DNA of 57,188 nucleotides from a virus (Duplodnaviria; Heunggongvirae; Uroviricota; Caudoviricetes): IMG/VR virus record IMGVR_UViG_2657245570_000014; one strand, 5' to 3'. Shown piece by piece: positions 48,031 to 57,188 of this stretch (position 1 is its first letter; each line of letters starts with the position of its first letter). The notes under the pieces were generated by a model. It saw only the letters and a program-made list of their open reading frames with translations, ran no database searches and was not told where the DNA came from. The position numbers and the translations under genes were made by a program.

Positions 48031-48226
48031 CGCCATCAGCAGGACGCTGGCAGCCAAACGGAACAGATTGGCAGGCTCTTTAACTTCGATGATGCGCTGA
48101 CAAAGCGCGAACAGATACCAAACGAGATGGGTTTGGGGTGATGTGAATTGCAGCAGTAACGACAGCAACCAGAAGATCAGCATCTGGCGCATCACCACCA
48201 AAGCCATTTCACATGAGGAAAACATC

Positions 48227-48535
48227 ATGACGGTAATCGTGTACGGAAAATCAACATTTGCAGGAAATGCCAAAACTCGCCGTCATGAGCGGCGCAGAAA
48301 GCTGGCCATCGAGCGTGATTCCATCTGCAACATCATCGATTCGATCTTCGGCACAGACAGTGAGGAACCTGTTCAGGAAGACCCGAGAAAGCGGTTAAGC
48401 CTTTCTGAAAAAGCAATATCACTCGGAAGCCTTCGCTGCAAGAAAGTAGATGAATGCAGTGGAAGTGTTTGCCTGCCAAACGTAGCTATTTACGCGGCAG
48501 GCTACCGGAAATCAAAACAACTGACGGCGAGATGA
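48227..48535 (+). CDS. N: N-like antitermination protein
   Basis: Arg-rich N-terminal motif NAKTRRHERRRKLAIER; GAGGA Shine-Dalgarno; position after the left operator region. Confidence 0.7.
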   Translation: MTVIVYGKSTFAGNAKTRRHERRRKLAIERDSICNIIDSIFGTDSEEPVQEDPRKRLSLSEKAISLGSLRCKKVDECSGSVCLPNVAIYAAGYRKSKQLTAR

Positions 48536-48551
48536 TAAATTCATTTGCTAA

Positions 48552-49133
48552 TTACTTGTTTTTGCCATGCTTATCCTGAGCGATAAGTTCATCCATAAGG
48601 CTGTCTGCCTTCCCGGCAAACCGAATGTAGCACTCATGTCTATAGCTTTCAGGAATAACAAAACGGTCGGTATCAGGATATCCAACAGCAGGAGGCCTTC
48701 GAACGAGGAGTCCTTTTTTGAGCAATGAAATTGATTCATGAGCTCCCTTTTCCGTTTGTAGCTGGTTATTAGCGGCTACAGCGAATGCCAAATACGCTCT
48801 TTCTCCAAGAGTTAACGAATCAAACAAATCTTGCACATATTTTTCTTCTTTAGATTTGCGCTTCTGAGCAACGAATACCTCAATTCTTTCAGTCACAGCG
48901 TGATAAGCGGAATTAACAACGCCGTTAAGCACATAGCTAACGCAAAACAACAGGATGTAATACATCCAGTAATGAGGAAGGATTTCTGGATTATGCAGGT
49001 TTATCCATTCTTTTACGCTTACCGGCATAACAATAATCAATATGATCAGGATGATTAGCATATGAATCAACTGTTTAAGTGTCATTCCTTGCAGGAAAAA
49101 ATGCATTAGTTCCTGCCACCATGAGTTGTTCAT
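48552..49133 (-). CDS. sieB: SieB-like superinfection exclusion membrane protein
   Basis: 193 aa; N-terminal transmembrane segments; opposite-strand gene between N and ral as for lambda/P22 sieB. Confidence 0.6.
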   Translation of the reverse strand: MNNSWWQELMHFFLQGMTLKQLIHMLIILIILIIVMPVSVKEWINLHNPEILPHYWMYYILLFCVSYVLNGVVNSAYHAVTERIEVFVAQKRKSKEEKYVQDLFDSLTLGERAYLAFAVAANNQLQTEKGAHESISLLKKGLLVRRPPAVGYPDTDRFVIPESYRHECYIRFAGKADSLMDELIAQDKHGKNK

Positions 49134-49276
49134 CGGCGTTTCTCTTTTGCTCTCTGTAGGGGTGAATAGAGTTTATCCGATTTCTCGCTGTAGGGGTACA
49201 CGAGAACCACCGAGCCTGATGTGGTTAAAAGACAGGCACAATCTTTACTACCGCAATCCACTATTTAAGGTGATAT

Positions 49277-49363
49277 ATGGAAGAAGAATTTGAAGAGTTC
49301 GAAGAGCATCCCCAGGATGTGATGGAACAATACCAGGACTATCCTTATGACTACGACTATTGA
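49277..49363 (+). CDS. Small acidic protein (lambda orf28-like)
   Basis: 28 aa MEEEFEEFEEHPQDVMEQYQDYPYDYDY; Shine-Dalgarno present; overlaps the ral start. Confidence 0.5.
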   Translation: MEEEFEEFEEHPQDVMEQYQDYPYDYDY

Positions 49364-49547
49364 TAAAAATCAATGGTGTGGACAATTCAAGCGATGCAAT
49401 GGATGCAAGCTGCAATCGGAATGCATGGTTAAGCCTGAAGAAATGTTTCCTGTAATGGAAGATGGGAAATATGTCGATAAATGGGCAATACGAGCGACGG
49501 CAATGATTGCCAGAGAACTTGGTAAACAGAACAACAAAGCTGCCTGA
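49347..49547 (+). CDS. ral: Ral restriction alleviation protein
   Basis: 66 aa MTTTIDKNQWCGQFKRCNGCKLQSECMVKPEE... recalled as lambda Ral. Confidence 0.8.
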   Translation: MTTTIDKNQWCGQFKRCNGCKLQSECMVKPEEMFPVMEDGKYVDKWAIRATAMIARELGKQNNKAA

Positions 49548-49593
49548 TAGTGGCCTTTATTTTTGGCATAAATAACAGAATAAACACTGCACT

Positions 49594-49621
49594 GTGTATT
49601 CATTCCAACGAGTGAATACAC
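49594..49621. repeat. Perfect 9-bp inverted repeat (GTGTATTCA ... TGAATACAC), possible RNA hairpin or protein-binding site
   Basis: Palindrome with a 10-nt spacer in the ral-ea10 intergenic region. Confidence 0.4.
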
Positions 49622-49683
49622 GGAGCAATGTCGCTCGTAACTAAACAGGAGCCGACTTGTTCTGATTATTGGAAATCTTCTTT

Positions 49684-49710
49684 GCCCTCCAATGTGAGGG
49701 CGATTTTTTA
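49684..49710 (+). terminator. Rho-independent terminator
   Basis: GCCCTC caatgt GAGGGC hairpin followed by a T-run. Confidence 0.5.
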
Positions 49711-49804
49711 TCTGTGAGGATATGAATAGATATCAAACATCAAAAAATACATCATTGATTACGACTGGAAAGCATCAATAGAAATTGAAATCGACCATGA
49801 CGTA

Positions 49805-50098
49805 ATGACAGAGGAAAAACTTCACCAGATTAATAATTTCTGGTCAGACTCTGAATACCGACTCAATAAACACGGCTCTGTATTAAATGCTGTATTAATC
49901 ATGCTGGCGCAACATGCTCTGCTTATAGCAATTTCAAGCGACTTAAATGCATATGGTGTTGTGTATGAGTTCGACTGGAATGATGGAAATGGTCAGGAAG
50001 GATGGCCTCCAATGGATGGTAGCGAAGGAATAAGAATTACCGATATCGATACATCAGGAATATTTGATTCAGATGATATGACTATCAAGGCCGCCTGA
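49805..50098 (+). CDS. Hypothetical protein in the lambda ea10 position
   Basis: 97-aa ORF between ral and cIII. Confidence 0.55.
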   Translation: MTEEKLHQINNFWSDSEYRLNKHGSVLNAVLIMLAQHALLIAISSDLNAYGVVYEFDWNDGNGQEGWPPMDGSEGIRITDIDTSGIFDSDDMTIKAA

Positions 50099-50170
50099 GT
50101 GCGGCTTTACCGTATACCAATAACGCTTCACTCGAGGTGTTTTTCGTTATGTATAAATAAGGAGCACACC

Positions 50171-50335
50171 ATGCAATATGCCATTGCAGGGTGGCCTGTT
50201 GCTGGCTGCCCTTCCGAATCTTTACTTGAACGAATTACCCGTAAATTACGTGACGGATGGAAACGCCTTATCGACATACTTAATCAGCCAGGAGTCCCAA
50301 AGAATGGATCAAACACTTATGGCTATCCAGACTAA
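50171..50335 (+). CDS. cIII: CIII (FtsH inhibitor)
   Basis: 54 aa [46 protein letters not shown]... recalled as lambda CIII. Confidence 0.85.
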   Translation: MQYAIAGWPVAGCPSESLLERITRKLRDGWKRLIDILNQPGVPKNGSNTYGYPD

Positions 50336-50447
50336 ATTCACTATCGCCACTTTTATTGGCGATGAAAAGATGTTTCGTGAAGCCGTCGACGCTTATAAAA
50401 AATGGATATTAATACTGAAACTGAGATCAAGCAAAAGCATTCACTAA
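50304..50447 (+). CDS. kil: Kil (host cell division inhibitor)
   Basis: 47 aa [47 protein letters not shown]; overlaps cIII and gam as in lambda. Confidence 0.8.
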   Translation: MDQTLMAIQTKFTIATFIGDEKMFREAVDAYKKWILILKLRSSKSIH

Positions 50448-50818
50448 CCCCCTTTCCTGTTTTCCTAATCAGCCCGGCATTTCGCGGGCGATATTTTCAC
50501 AGCTATTTCAGGAGTTCAGCCATGAACGCTTATTACATTCAGGATCGTCTTGAGGCTCAGAGCTGGGCGCGTCACTACCAGCAGATCGCCCGTGAAGAGA
50601 AAGAGGCAGAACTGGCAGACGACATGGAAAAAGGCCTGCCCCAGCACCTGTTTGAATCGCTATGCATCGATCATTTGCAACGCCACGGGGCCAGCAAAAA
50701 AGCCATTACCCGTGCGTTTGATAACGATGTTGAGTTTCAGGAGCGCATGGCAGAACACATCCGGTACATGGTTGAAACCATTGCTCACCATCAGGTTGAT
50801 ATTGATTCAGAGGTATAA
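50402..50818 (+). CDS. gam: Lambda-type Gam (RecBCD inhibitor)
   Basis: 138 aa [21 protein letters not shown]...[21 protein letters not shown]... recalled as lambda Gam. Confidence 0.9.
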   Translation: MDINTETEIKQKHSLTPFPVFLISPAFRGRYFHSYFRSSAMNAYYIQDRLEAQSWARHYQQIAREEKEAELADDMEKGLPQHLFESLCIDHLQRHGASKKAITRAFDNDVEFQERMAEHIRYMVETIAHHQVDIDSEV

Positions 50819-50823
50819 AACGG

Positions 50824-51609
50824 ATGAGTACAGCACTCGCAACGCTGGCTGGGAAGCTGGCTGAACGTGTCGGCATGGATTCTGTCGACCCACAGGAACT
50901 GATCACCACTCTTCGCCAGACGGCATTTAAAGGTGATGCCAGCGATGCGCAGTTCATCGCATTGCTGATCGTCGCCAACCAGTACGGTCTTAATCCGTGG
51001 ACGAAAGAAATTTACGCCTTCCCTGATAAGCAGAACGGCATCGTTCCGGTGGTGGGCGTTGATGGCTGGTCCCGCATCATCAACGAAAACCAGCAGTTTG
51101 ACGGCATGGACTTTGAACAGGACAACGAATCCTGCACATGCCGGATTTACCGCAAAGACCGCAATCATCCGATCTGCGTTACCGAATGGATGGATGAATG
51201 CCGCCGCGAACCATTCAAAACCCGCGAAGGCAGAGAAATCACGGGGCCGTGGCAGTCGCATCCCAAACGGATGTTACGGCATAAAGCCATGATTCAGTGT
51301 GCCCGTCTCGCCTTCGGATTTGCTGGTATCTATGACAAGGATGAAGCCGAGCGCATTGTCGAAAATACCGCATACACTGCAGAACGTCAGCCGGAACGCG
51401 ACATCACTCCGGTTAACGATGAAACCATGCAGGAGATTAACACTCTGCTGATCGCCCTGGATAAAACATGGAATGACGACTTATTGCCGCTCTGTTCCCA
51501 GATATTTCGCCGCGACATTCGCGCATCGTCAGAACTGACACAGGCCGAAGCAGTGAAAGCTCTTGGATTCCTGAAACAGAAAGCCACTGAGCAGAAGGTG
51601 GCAGCATGA
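50824..51609 (+). CDS. bet: Red beta single-strand annealing protein (Bet)
   Basis: 261 aa [38 protein letters not shown]... recalled as lambda Bet. Confidence 0.95.
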   Translation: MSTALATLAGKLAERVGMDSVDPQELITTLRQTAFKGDASDAQFIALLIVANQYGLNPWTKEIYAFPDKQNGIVPVVGVDGWSRIINENQQFDGMDFEQDNESCTCRIYRKDRNHPICVTEWMDECRREPFKTREGREITGPWQSHPKRMLRHKAMIQCARLAFGFAGIYDKDEAERIVENTAYTAERQPERDITPVNDETMQEINTLLIALDKTWNDDLLPLCSQIFRRDIRASSELTQAEAVKALGFLKQKATEQKVAA

Positions 51610-52286
51610 CACCGGACATTATCCTGCAGCGTACCGGGATCGACGTGAGAGCTGTCGAACAGGGGGATGATGCATGGCACAAATTACGGCTCGGCGTCAT
51701 CACCGCTTCAGAAGTTCACAACGTGATAGCCAAGCCCCGCTCAGGAAAGAAGTGGCCTGACATGAAAATGTCCTACTTCCACACCCTGCTGGCTGAGGTT
51801 TGCACCGGTGTGGCTCCGGAAGTTAATGCTAAGGCGCTGGCATGGGGAAAACAGTACGAGAACGACGCCAGAACTCTGTTTGAGTTCACTTCCGGCGTAA
51901 ATGTTATTGAATCCCCGATCATCTATCGCGACGAAAGTATGCGCACCGCCTGCTCTCCCGATGGTTTATGCAGTGACGGCAATGGCCTTGAGCTGAAATG
52001 CCCGTTTACCTCCCGGGATTTCATGAAATTCCGGCTCGGTGGTTTCGAGGCCATAAAGTCGGCTTACATGGCCCAGGTGCAGTACAGCATGTGGGTGACG
52101 CGAAAAGATGCCTGGTACTTTGCCAACTATGACCCGCGCATGAAGCGTGAAGGCCTGCATTATGTCGTGATTGAGCGGAATGAAAAGTATATAGCGAGTT
52201 TTGACGAGATGGTGCCGGAGTTCATCGAAAAAATGGACGAGGCACTGGCTGAAATTGGTTTTGTATTTGGGGAGCAATGGCGATGA
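51606..52286 (+). CDS. exo: Red alpha 5-prime to 3-prime exonuclease (Exo)
   Basis: 226 aa [43 protein letters not shown]... recalled as lambda Exo. Confidence 0.95.
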   Translation: MTPDIILQRTGIDVRAVEQGDDAWHKLRLGVITASEVHNVIAKPRSGKKWPDMKMSYFHTLLAEVCTGVAPEVNAKALAWGKQYENDARTLFEFTSGVNVIESPIIYRDESMRTACSPDGLCSDGNGLELKCPFTSRDFMKFRLGGFEAIKSAYMAQVQYSMWVTRKDAWYFANYDPRMKREGLHYVVIERNEKYIASFDEMVPEFIEKMDEALAEIGFVFGEQWR

Positions 52287-52465
52287 AACATCCTCACGAT
52301 AATATCCGCGTAGGCACGATCACTTTCGTCTACTCCGTTACGAAGCGAGGCTGGGTATTTCCCGGCCTTTCTGTTATCCGAAATCCCCTGAAAGCACAGC
52401 GGCTGGCTGAGGAGATAAATAATAAACGGGGAGCTGTATGCACAAAGCATCTCCCGTTGAGTTAA
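52277..52465 (+). CDS. Small protein downstream of exo (lambda orf60a region)
   Basis: 62-aa ORF overlapping the exo stop. Confidence 0.55.
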   Translation: MAMKHPHDNIRVGTITFVYSVTKRGWVFPGLSVIRNPLKAQRLAEEINNKRGAVCTKHLPLS

Positions 52466-52629
52466 GAACGAGTATCGAGATGGCACATAGCCTCGCTCAA
52501 ATTGGAGTCAGGTTTGTGCCAATACCAGTAGAAACAGACGAAGAATTTCATACGTTAGCCGCATCCCTTTCACAAAAGCTGGAAATGATGGTGGCGAAAG
52601 CAGAAGCAGATGAGAGAGACCAGGTATGA
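52438..52629 (+). CDS. Small protein (lambda orf63 region)
   Basis: 63-aa ORF. Confidence 0.55.
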   Translation: MHKASPVELRTSIEMAHSLAQIGVRFVPIPVETDEEFHTLAASLSQKLEMMVAKAEADERDQV

Positions 52630-52705
52630 CAACCACGGAATGCATTTTTCTGGCAGCGGGCTTCATATTCTGTGTGCTTATGCTTGCCGACATGGGACTT
52701 GTTCA

Positions 52706-52921
52706 ATGACACCTCAGCAGGAAAACGCCCTTCGCAGCATTGCCCGTCAGGCTAATTCTGAAATCAAAAAAGCCAGACAGCAGTTTCCGGATAAAAACGT
52801 CGATGACATTTGCCGTAGCGTACTGAAGAAGCACCGCGAAACGGTAACGCTGATGGGATTCACACCGACTCATTTAAGCCTAGCAATCGGCATGTTAAAC
52901 GGCGTCTTTAAGGAACGATGA
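52706..52921 (+). CDS. Small protein (lambda orf61 region)
   Basis: 71-aa ORF starting at an internal Met. Confidence 0.5.
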   Translation: MTPQQENALRSIARQANSEIKKARQQFPDKNVDDICRSVLKKHRETVTLMGFTPTHLSLAIGMLNGVFKER

Positions 52922-53019
52922 ACATGAAAAGCAAAATCATCAGGGAGCTACAGGCTCCTTTTTTATTATTCGCATTCACCCTCAAGCGTATTAACCAACA
53001 ATTCAGGGATTAATGGAAG

Positions 53020-53241
53020 ATGGCAGACATCATTGATTCAGCATCAGAAATTGAAGAATTACAGCGCAACACAGCAATAAAAATGCGCCGCCTGAACCAC
53101 CAGGCTATATCTGCCACTCATTGTTGTGAGTGTGGCGATCCGATAGATGAACGAAGACGCCTGGTCGTTCAGGGTTGTCGGACTTGTGCAAGTTGCCAGG
53201 AGGATCTGGAGCTTATCAGTAAACAGAGAGGTTCGAAGTGA
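53020..53241 (+). CDS. TraR/DksA-family C4 zinc-finger protein
   Basis: 73 aa; four Cys in CCECGDPIDERRRLVVQGCRTCASC; coiled-coil N-terminus. Confidence 0.75.
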   Translation: MADIIDSASEIEELQRNTAIKMRRLNHQAISATHCCECGDPIDERRRLVVQGCRTCASCQEDLELISKQRGSK

Positions 53242-53392
53242 GCGAAATTAACTAGAAGCCAAAGATAAAATCATCGCTGAGCAGGAGAAAATCGCTAACG
53301 GAGAAAAGACAGTAAGTCAGTATATGAAAACCGCATGATATCATCAGATAAAAATCGGTCGTAAAGCGAAATATTAATACCAGAACAAACGA

Positions 53393-53416
53393 GTCGAGGT
53401 AAATTATATTACCTCG
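53393..53416 (-). terminator. Hairpin downstream of the membrane cargo gene (possible terminator)
   Basis: Perfect 9-bp inverted repeat TCGAGGTAA / TTACCTCGA. Confidence 0.4.
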
Positions 53417-53451
53417 ATAAATTAACTAAAACTTGCCCGCTATATACTATA

Positions 53452-54054
53452 TCATTCAGTATCATCACGCGCGGTCTGTGCATATGTCACTACCGCACCT
53501 AATATATTAATTTTCTTTTCAACATAGATAATATTATCGTACTCATAATTGCCATACGGATAGCAAATGCGAATATTCTCATGTAGATCGGGGTCATCCA
53601 CCTCAGCTCCAGAACAACTTTTTGAACTACCGGAAGTATACCGATACGGTGCAACATAAGACGATGTCTCTCCAGGCAAAAAATAAGTTAGTGTCGTAAG
53701 GGGTATAATCAGAAAAAATCCTGCAAATATGCACATCCCTGCATAAACCTTAAGGTATGCTGACAGACTCTTCCAGCCTCTTTGTTTTACTATCCCCTTC
53801 TTAACCCAAAACAGAGATAACAGAAAAGCTATTCCCATGCTAAACAGAATGTAATAGTGGGATATACTCTGATTAAGAAACGTGACCCTGTAGATATCTG
53901 CCCGCCACCAGAAGAAAAGGAAAATAAAGATCAGCCCTGAAACTGTCATGCAAATCAAATAAGGATACGAATCTTTTTTCATGTTTAGCGCCCATAAAAT
54001 TTTTCCTGACCCGGACAAATTTACCATCCATTTTTTGCGCAGAAAATAGCTCAT
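53452..54054 (-). CDS. Polytopic membrane protein, unknown function (lambda b-region cargo)
   Basis: 200 aa; several hydrophobic segments; AT-rich; opposite strand to all neighbours; start may be an internal Met. Confidence 0.6.
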   Translation of the reverse strand: MSYFLRKKWMVNLSGSGKILWALNMKKDSYPYLICMTVSGLIFIFLFFWWRADIYRVTFLNQSISHYYILFSMGIAFLLSLFWVKKGIVKQRGWKSLSAYLKVYAGMCIFAGFFLIIPLTTLTYFLPGETSSYVAPYRYTSGSSKSCSGAEVDDPDLHENIRICYPYGNYEYDNIIYVEKKINILGAVVTYAQTARDDTE

Positions 54055-54296
54055 TACTTACTGCACAATAATACACAAAATTGCGTAAATTTTTTGCATG
54101 GATTTTAGCTCTTTCAGCCGACATTTAAGGGGTAAATAGCATTTCCTAAAAGCAACTGCACCAACCCAACAGAATGGGCTACCGCTTACGTTGAGAGCAA
54201 AAAAGTGTATAGCAGCAATGAACAGCATCCTCGCACTGACGAGGATTTCTTTTATCTGAACTCGCTACGGCGGGTTTTGTTTTATGGCGATGATAA

Positions 54297-54464
54297 ATGC
54301 ACTTCCGAGTCACAGGAGAATGGAATGGAGAGCCATTCAACAGAGTTATCGAAGCGGAGAACATCAACGACTGCTACGACCACTGGATGATATGGGCGCA
54401 GATAGCACATGCAGACATAACCAATATTCGAATTGAAGAACTGAAAGAACACCAAGCCGCCTGA
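54297..54464 (+). CDS. Small protein upstream of xis (lambda orf55 position)
   Basis: 55-aa ORF read manually (MHFRVTGEWNGEPFNRVIEAENINDCYDHWMIWAQIAHADITNIRIEELKEHQAA); not in the supplied track because below 60 aa. Confidence 0.45.
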   Translation: MHFRVTGEWNGEPFNRVIEAENINDCYDHWMIWAQIAHADITNIRIEELKEHQAA

Positions 54465-54478
54465 TGGCGGTTTTTTCT
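54452..54478 (+). terminator. Rho-independent terminator upstream of xis
   Basis: GCCGCC tgat GGCGG hairpin followed by TTTTTTCTTG. Confidence 0.6.
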
Positions 54479-54503
54479 TGCGTGTAATTGCGGAGACTTT
54501 GCG

Positions 54504-54722
54504 ATGTACTTGACACTTCAGGAGTGGAACGCACGCCAGCGACGCCCAAGAAGCCTTGAAACAGTTCGTCGATGGGTGCGCGAATGCAGGATATTCCCTC
54601 CTCCGGTTAAGGATGGAAGAGAATATCTGTTCCACGAATCAGCGGTAAAGGTTGACTTAAATCGACCAGTAACAGGTAGCCTTTTGAAGAGGATCAGAAA
54701 TGGGAAGAAGGCGAAGTCATGA
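54504..54722 (+). CDS. xis: Excisionase Xis
   Basis: 72 aa MYLTLQEWNARQRRPRSLETVRRWVRECRIFPPPVKDGREYLFHESAVKVDLNRP... recalled as lambda Xis. Confidence 0.95.
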   Translation: MYLTLQEWNARQRRPRSLETVRRWVRECRIFPPPVKDGREYLFHESAVKVDLNRPVTGSLLKRIRNGKKAKS

Positions 54723-55770
54723 GCGCCGGGATTTACCCCCTAACCTTTATATAAGAAACAATGGATATTACTGCTACAGGGACCCAAGGACGGGTAAAGA
54801 GTTTGGATTAGGCAGAGACAGGCGAATCGCAATCACTGAAGCCATACAGGCCAACATTGAGTTATTTTCAGGACACAAACACAAGCCTCTGACAGCGAGA
54901 ATCAACAGTGATAATTCCGTTACGTTACATTCATGGCTTGATCGCTACGAAAAAATCCTGGCCAGCAGAGGAATCAAGCAGAAGACACTCATAAATTACA
55001 TGAGCAAAATTAAAGCAATAAGGAGGGGGCTGCCTGATGCTCCACTTGAAGACATCACCACAAAAGAAATTGCGGCAATGCTCAATGGATACATAGACGA
55101 GGGCAAGGCGGCGTCAGCCAAGTTAATCAGATCAACACTGAGCGATGCATTCCGAGAGGCAATAGCTGAAGGCCATATAACAACAAACCCTGTCGCTGCC
55201 ACTCGCGCAGCAAAATCAGAGGTAAGGAGATCAAGACTTACGGCTGACGAATACCTGAAAATTTATCAAGCAGCAGAATCATCACCATGTTGGCTCAGAC
55301 TTGCAATGGAACTGGCTGTTGTTACCGGGCAACGAGTTGGTGATTTATGCGAAATGAAGTGGTCTGATATCGTAGATGGATATCTTTATGTCGAGCAAAG
55401 CAAAACAGGCGTAAAAATTGCCATCCCAACAGCATTGCATGTTGATGCTCTCGGAATATCAATGAAGGAAACACTTGATAAATGCAAAGAGATTCTTGAC
55501 GGAGAAACCATAATTGCATCTACTCGTCGTGAACCGCTTTCATCCGGCACAGTATCAAGGTATTTTATGCGCGCACGAAAAGCATCAGGTCTTTCCTTCG
55601 AAGGGGATCCGCCTACCTTTCACGAGTTGCGCAGTTTGTCTGCAAGACTCTATGAGAAGCAGATAAGCGATAAGTTTGCTCAACATCTTCTCGGGCATAA
55701 GTCGGACACCATGGCATCACAGTATCGTGATGACAGAGGCAGGGAGTGGGACAAAATTGAAATCAAATAA
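54700..55770 (+). CDS. int: Tyrosine integrase Int
   Basis: 356 aa MGRRRSHERRDLPPNLYIRNNGYYCYRDPRTGKEFGLGRDRR... recalled as lambda Int; overlaps xis as in lambda. Confidence 0.95.
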   Translation: MGRRRSHERRDLPPNLYIRNNGYYCYRDPRTGKEFGLGRDRRIAITEAIQANIELFSGHKHKPLTARINSDNSVTLHSWLDRYEKILASRGIKQKTLINYMSKIKAIRRGLPDAPLEDITTKEIAAMLNGYIDEGKAASAKLIRSTLSDAFREAIAEGHITTNPVAATRAAKSEVRRSRLTADEYLKIYQAAESSPCWLRLAMELAVVTGQRVGDLCEMKWSDIVDGYLYVEQSKTGVKIAIPTALHVDALGISMKETLDKCKEILDGETIIASTRREPLSSGTVSRYFMRARKASGLSFEGDPPTFHELRSLSARLYEKQISDKFAQHLLGHKSDTMASQYRDDRGREWDKIEIK

Positions 55771-55774
55771 TGAT

Positions 55775-55860
55775 TTTATTTTGACTGATAGTGACCTGTT
55801 CGTTGCAACAAATTGATAAGCAATGCTTTTTTATAATGCCAACTTAGTATAAAAAAGCAG
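55775..55860. other. Prophage-host attachment junction (phage arm with core GCTTTTTTATACTAAG in reverse orientation, then host sequence)
   Basis: CTTAGTATAAAAAAGC at about 55842..55857 with phage-arm sequence on the int side and GCAGG of the bacterial arm on the ybhC side. Confidence 0.8.
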
Positions 55861-55904
55861 GCTTCAACGGATTCATTTTTCTATTTCATAGCCCGGAGCA
55901 ACCT

Positions 55905-57188
55905 GTGAACACATTTTCAGTTTCCCGTCTGGCGCTGGCATTGGCTTTTGGCGTGACGCTGACCGCCTGTAGCTCAACACCGCCCGATCAACGTCCTTCT
56001 GATCAAACCGCGCCTGGTACCTCTTCTCGCCCGATTCTGTCGGCAAAAGAAGCGCAGAATTTCGATGCTCAACACTATTTTGCATCCCTGACACCAGGTG
56101 CTGCAGCGTGGAATCCTTCCCCGATTACCCTGCCTGCACAACCTGACTTTGTTGTCGGCCCGGCGGGTACTCAAGGTGTAACGCATACCACGATTCAGGC
56201 GGCGGTAGATGCGGCAATTATCAAGCGTACCAACAAGCGCCAGTATATTGCCGTGATGCCTGGTGAGTATCAGGGAACGGTGTATGTCCCTGCCGCTCCG
56301 GGTGGAATTACTCTGTACGGTACAGGTGAAAAACCGATTGATGTGAAAATTGGGCTTTCCCTTGATGGGGGCATGAGCCCAGCCGACTGGCGTCACGACG
56401 TCAACCCACGCGGCAAATATATGCCGGGTAAACCAGCGTGGTATATGTACGATAGCTGCCAGAGCAAACGCAGCGACAGCATTGGCGTGCTCTGTTCTGC
56501 GGTCTTCTGGTCACAAAACAATGGCCTGCAACTGCAAAACCTGACCATCGAAAACACACTGGGCGATAGCGTAGATGCGGGTAACCATCCGGCGGTGGCA
56601 CTGCGTACTGATGGCGACAAAGTGCAGATCAATAACGTCAATATTCTCGGTCGCCAGAATACCTTCTTTGTCACCAACAGCGGTGTGCAAAACCGTCTGG
56701 AAAGCAACCGTCAGCCGCGTACCCTGGTGACTAACAGCTACATTGAAGGGGATGTGGATATCGTTTCTGGTCGCGGCGCAGTGGTGTTCGATAACACCGA
56801 ATTCCGCGTGGTGAACTCCCGTACCCAGCAAGAAGCGTATGTGTTTGCACCGGCTACGCTGTCCAACATTTACTACGGTTTCCTCGCCGTAAACAGCCGT
56901 TTCAATGCTTCCGGGGATGGCGTGGCGCAACTGGGCCGCTCGCTGGATGTTGATGCCAATACCAACGGTCAGGTAGTGATCCGTGATAGCGCCATCAACG
57001 AAGGTTTTAACACGGCGAAACCGTGGGCCGATGCGGTGATTTCCAATCGTCCGTTTGCGGGTAATACTGGCAACGTTGATGATAACGACGAAGTACAGCG
57101 CAATCTGAATGACACTAACTACAACCGCATGTGGGAATACAATAACCGCGGCGTGGGTAGCAAAGTGGTTGCAGAGGCGAAGAAGTAA
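55905..57188 (+). CDS. ybhC: Host lipoprotein YbhC (pectinesterase-family outer membrane lipoprotein)
   Basis: 427 aa; lipoprotein signal MNTFSVSRLALALAFGVTLTAC; lies immediately outside the att site. Confidence 0.8.
   Translation: MNTFSVSRLALALAFGVTLTACSSTPPDQRPSDQTAPGTSSRPILSAKEAQNFDAQHYFASLTPGAAAWNPSPITLPAQPDFVVGPAGTQGVTHTTIQAAVDAAIIKRTNKRQYIAVMPGEYQGTVYVPAAPGGITLYGTGEKPIDVKIGLSLDGGMSPADWRHDVNPRGKYMPGKPAWYMYDSCQSKRSDSIGVLCSAVFWSQNNGLQLQNLTIENTLGDSVDAGNHPAVALRTDGDKVQINNVNILGRQNTFFVTNSGVQNRLESNRQPRTLVTNSYIEGDVDIVSGRGAVVFDNTEFRVVNSRTQQEAYVFAPATLSNIYYGFLAVNSRFNASGDGVAQLGRSLDVDANTNGQVVIRDSAINEGFNTAKPWADAVISNRPFAGNTGNVDDNDEVQRNLNDTNYNRMWEYNNRGVGSKVVAEAKK

Noticed and set aside
48013-48273. 86-aa minus-strand ORF in the left operator/promoter region
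   Set aside because: Overlaps the N-like gene start and the operator region; no ribosome-binding site and a position incompatible with lambdoid architecture.

Overview
The window holds two nested prophages plus a short stretch of host chromosome, most likely Escherichia/Shigella. All protein calls come from reading the supplied translations and from recalled family knowledge; no database search was run.

(A) A lambda-like prophage sits at the lambda attachment site beside host ybhC (att core about 55843-55857). Reading leftward from the junction: int, xis, orf55-like, a TraR-like zinc-finger protein, small orfs, exo, bet, gam, kil, cIII, ea10-like, ral, orf28, sieB-like, N, then an immunity region whose cI, cro and operators are not lambda-type, with an unknown 299-aa gene in the rexAB position. 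This is followed by cII, O (with ori iterons), P, a 1302-aa invasin/intimin-like cargo gene, ninB, then ninE, a YbcO-like gene, rusA and Q at the left edge. Lysis and structural genes lie beyond the window.

(B) A roughly 37.2 kb Mu-like transposable prophage (1557..38786) is inserted between ninB and ninE. It has TG...CA termini, imperfect terminal inverted repeats and a flanking AATAAG direct repeat. It encodes a DDE transposase, a B-type ATPase, ner/repressor, Mu-type gam, gemA and mor. Its late operon runs divergently: holin, SLT endolysin with a hydrophobic N-terminus, nested spanins, terminase, portal, capsid, a P2-like contractile tail, and a tail fiber with tandem repeats. The fiber is under a Pin-type invertase with three crossover sites and two silent C-terminal cassettes.

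The best candidates for an undescribed system are (i) three genes at the hub between the late and early operons of the Mu-like element, two of them apparently co-transcribed with the repressor (27677..29849), (ii) the unknown gene in the rex position of the lambdoid immunity region (46885..47784), (iii) the invasin-like cargo gene, and (iv) an opposite-strand membrane protein in the lambda b-region (53452..54054). No rRNA, tRNA or CRISPR arrays were seen.
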